The notes under the pieces were generated by a model, which was not told the DNA's origin, searched no databases, and saw only the letters and a program-made list of their open reading frames with translations. Shown piece by piece: positions 62,611-64,000 of a stretch of 64,000 nucleotides of DNA. A program made the translations under genes and the position numbers. This DNA is from Setoptus koraiensis. Lineage: Eukaryota > Animalia > Arthropoda. The stretch covers positions 16,616,001 to 16,680,000 of the forward strand of contig CM106586.1 of assembly GCA_048013815.1 (NCBI GenBank), read 5' to 3'. Within the stretch, counting starts at the first letter, position 1; each line of letters opens with the position of its first letter.

Positions 62611-64000
62611 CCGGATAAGGCGGCCGCGGCAACGCCAATACCCGGCTCCACCGACGACCAACACAATGGCAGATAAACAAGACTTGGCACTAATCTTAAT
62701 CTGGCCGAACTGGCCGGACAAGCCGGGCCAACGAACGGCGACAAGGCGGATGAGCGCGGATGAGCGAGCGGACAAACAAGCGGATAAATAAATGGCCGCG
62801 CAAACAATCGGGCCGCTATTATAGGCTGCTTGGCTCTTGCTACTTGATGCTCGCACCGGGTATCAAGTAGTCGCGACGGCCGCGGCCACTCGGGCAGATG
62901 GGAGATGGCTCGCCGAGATAGTGGGCAAGAATGTTGCGAGCGTCGCAAGACGACAACAAAGCAGTCACTGGATTAGCGAGTGGCTTGTTAGCAGCGACTG
63001 GATATGTGCGGATAAGCGAGCCGCCCTTGTAATTGATGGCGGCCCCCTGGCGGCCTCGACGGACCGCCGGCCAGAGAGTGACCGCTGGCCGGAGAGCGGG
63101 CGCCGGCCAGAGTGACCGCTGGCCGGAGAGCGAGCGGACAGTGACCACCAATCAACTTTGTTTTATTTTACTCTGGTTTGTTTTAGTCTTGTATTCGGTG
63201 GGCCCGCTCGGGCCGCGCTGTCGCCGTTTGTCCGCCGCTTGTCCGACTGACTCGTTCGCTGGCTGGCCGGCCCGGCCAGCCAGCGAACAAGTTGCTGCTG
63301 GCATCGATTTGCATGCACGCTGGCCCAACTGTCAACTGGTCGCGCAAGTTGCGGCGCAAGCACGCGCAAAACACGAGCACCGCTCAAGTGCGCGATATAA
63401 ATCAAATAAATGGAATAAATCAAATAAATCAGCCGGCCCGTCCCGGCCCGGCCCGGCCGCTCGCACCGTTGTTGGGGCTGTTACAACGGTTGTTGCACAA
63501 TCGTGTCCGTTGCTGTGCGCTGAAACTAATAGCAAACGTCGGACATTGGCAACGGAAATAATGAATGGGCAGCGCCAGTGAGGGGCGCAATCAATCGTGG
63601 CAGCGCAACTTTATAAGAGGGGCCAAAGGTTCGCGGGCGCACGACAGTTGAACAGTTGCAATAACAAGACCTCGTTGCCTGCTAGCGCGCTACAAGAGGC
63701 GCGGGTTGGCGCGCGCGGGGCCCGCGCCTCTTGTAGCGCAACCCGCTGCCCATCGGCCGCCGCGATGCGAGCGCCGGTCTGGCCCGACGCTGGGCGACAC
63801 GACGCGCTGGGCGACACGACGCTGGGCGACACGACGCGCTGGCGGCCCCACCACGCAACGGCGACGCAACTACGGGCCCGCGACGCAACGGCAACAACGC
63901 GCGACACAATCCCAGAGATCAGGTGAGCCATAAACTATCTTGACATTAGCTCATCTATTAGTCGGCGGCGCTGTCAGGCGGCCGCGGCGCGCCAGCCGAG

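Overview
Eukaryotic (metazoan) genomic DNA with short GT-AG introns. The Exd C-terminal motif [14 protein letters not shown] points to a protostome/arthropod. A compact mite-like genome is my inference only. Layout: (1) 0.3-7.5 kb holds a head-to-head pair of miniature RPA1-like genes (one ssDNA-binding OB fold plus the zinc-ribbon DBD-C, with no DBD-F or DBD-B) and a 3-exon TBCEL. (2) 7.6-21.7 kb is gene-poor and contains decayed gene relics (WD40/GTF3C2-like, tyrosine-kinase catalytic loop) and a pre-miRNA-like hairpin. (3) 21.7-41.5 kb is gene-dense: an orphan single-pass membrane protein with a LIR motif, an SLC17 transporter, a shortened PNUTS, a foldback/MITE element, USP10, RPS15A, SmD2, HSBP1 and a possible orphan. 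It also carries a ~0.8-1.2 kb dispersed duplication with a 207-bp identical core. (4) 42-61 kb is a gene desert rich in GC/CpG, microsatellites and short tandem repeats, lying 3' of extradenticle (PBX), whose last identifiable coding exons are at 61.3-62.2 kb on the minus strand. The 5' exons of exd appear to lie outside the window. Splice models were checked by hand for phase and open frame. Protein identities come from alignments recalled from memory, not from database searches. No tRNA, rRNA, snRNA or CRISPR array was recognised, and most short ORFs in the track are spurious.
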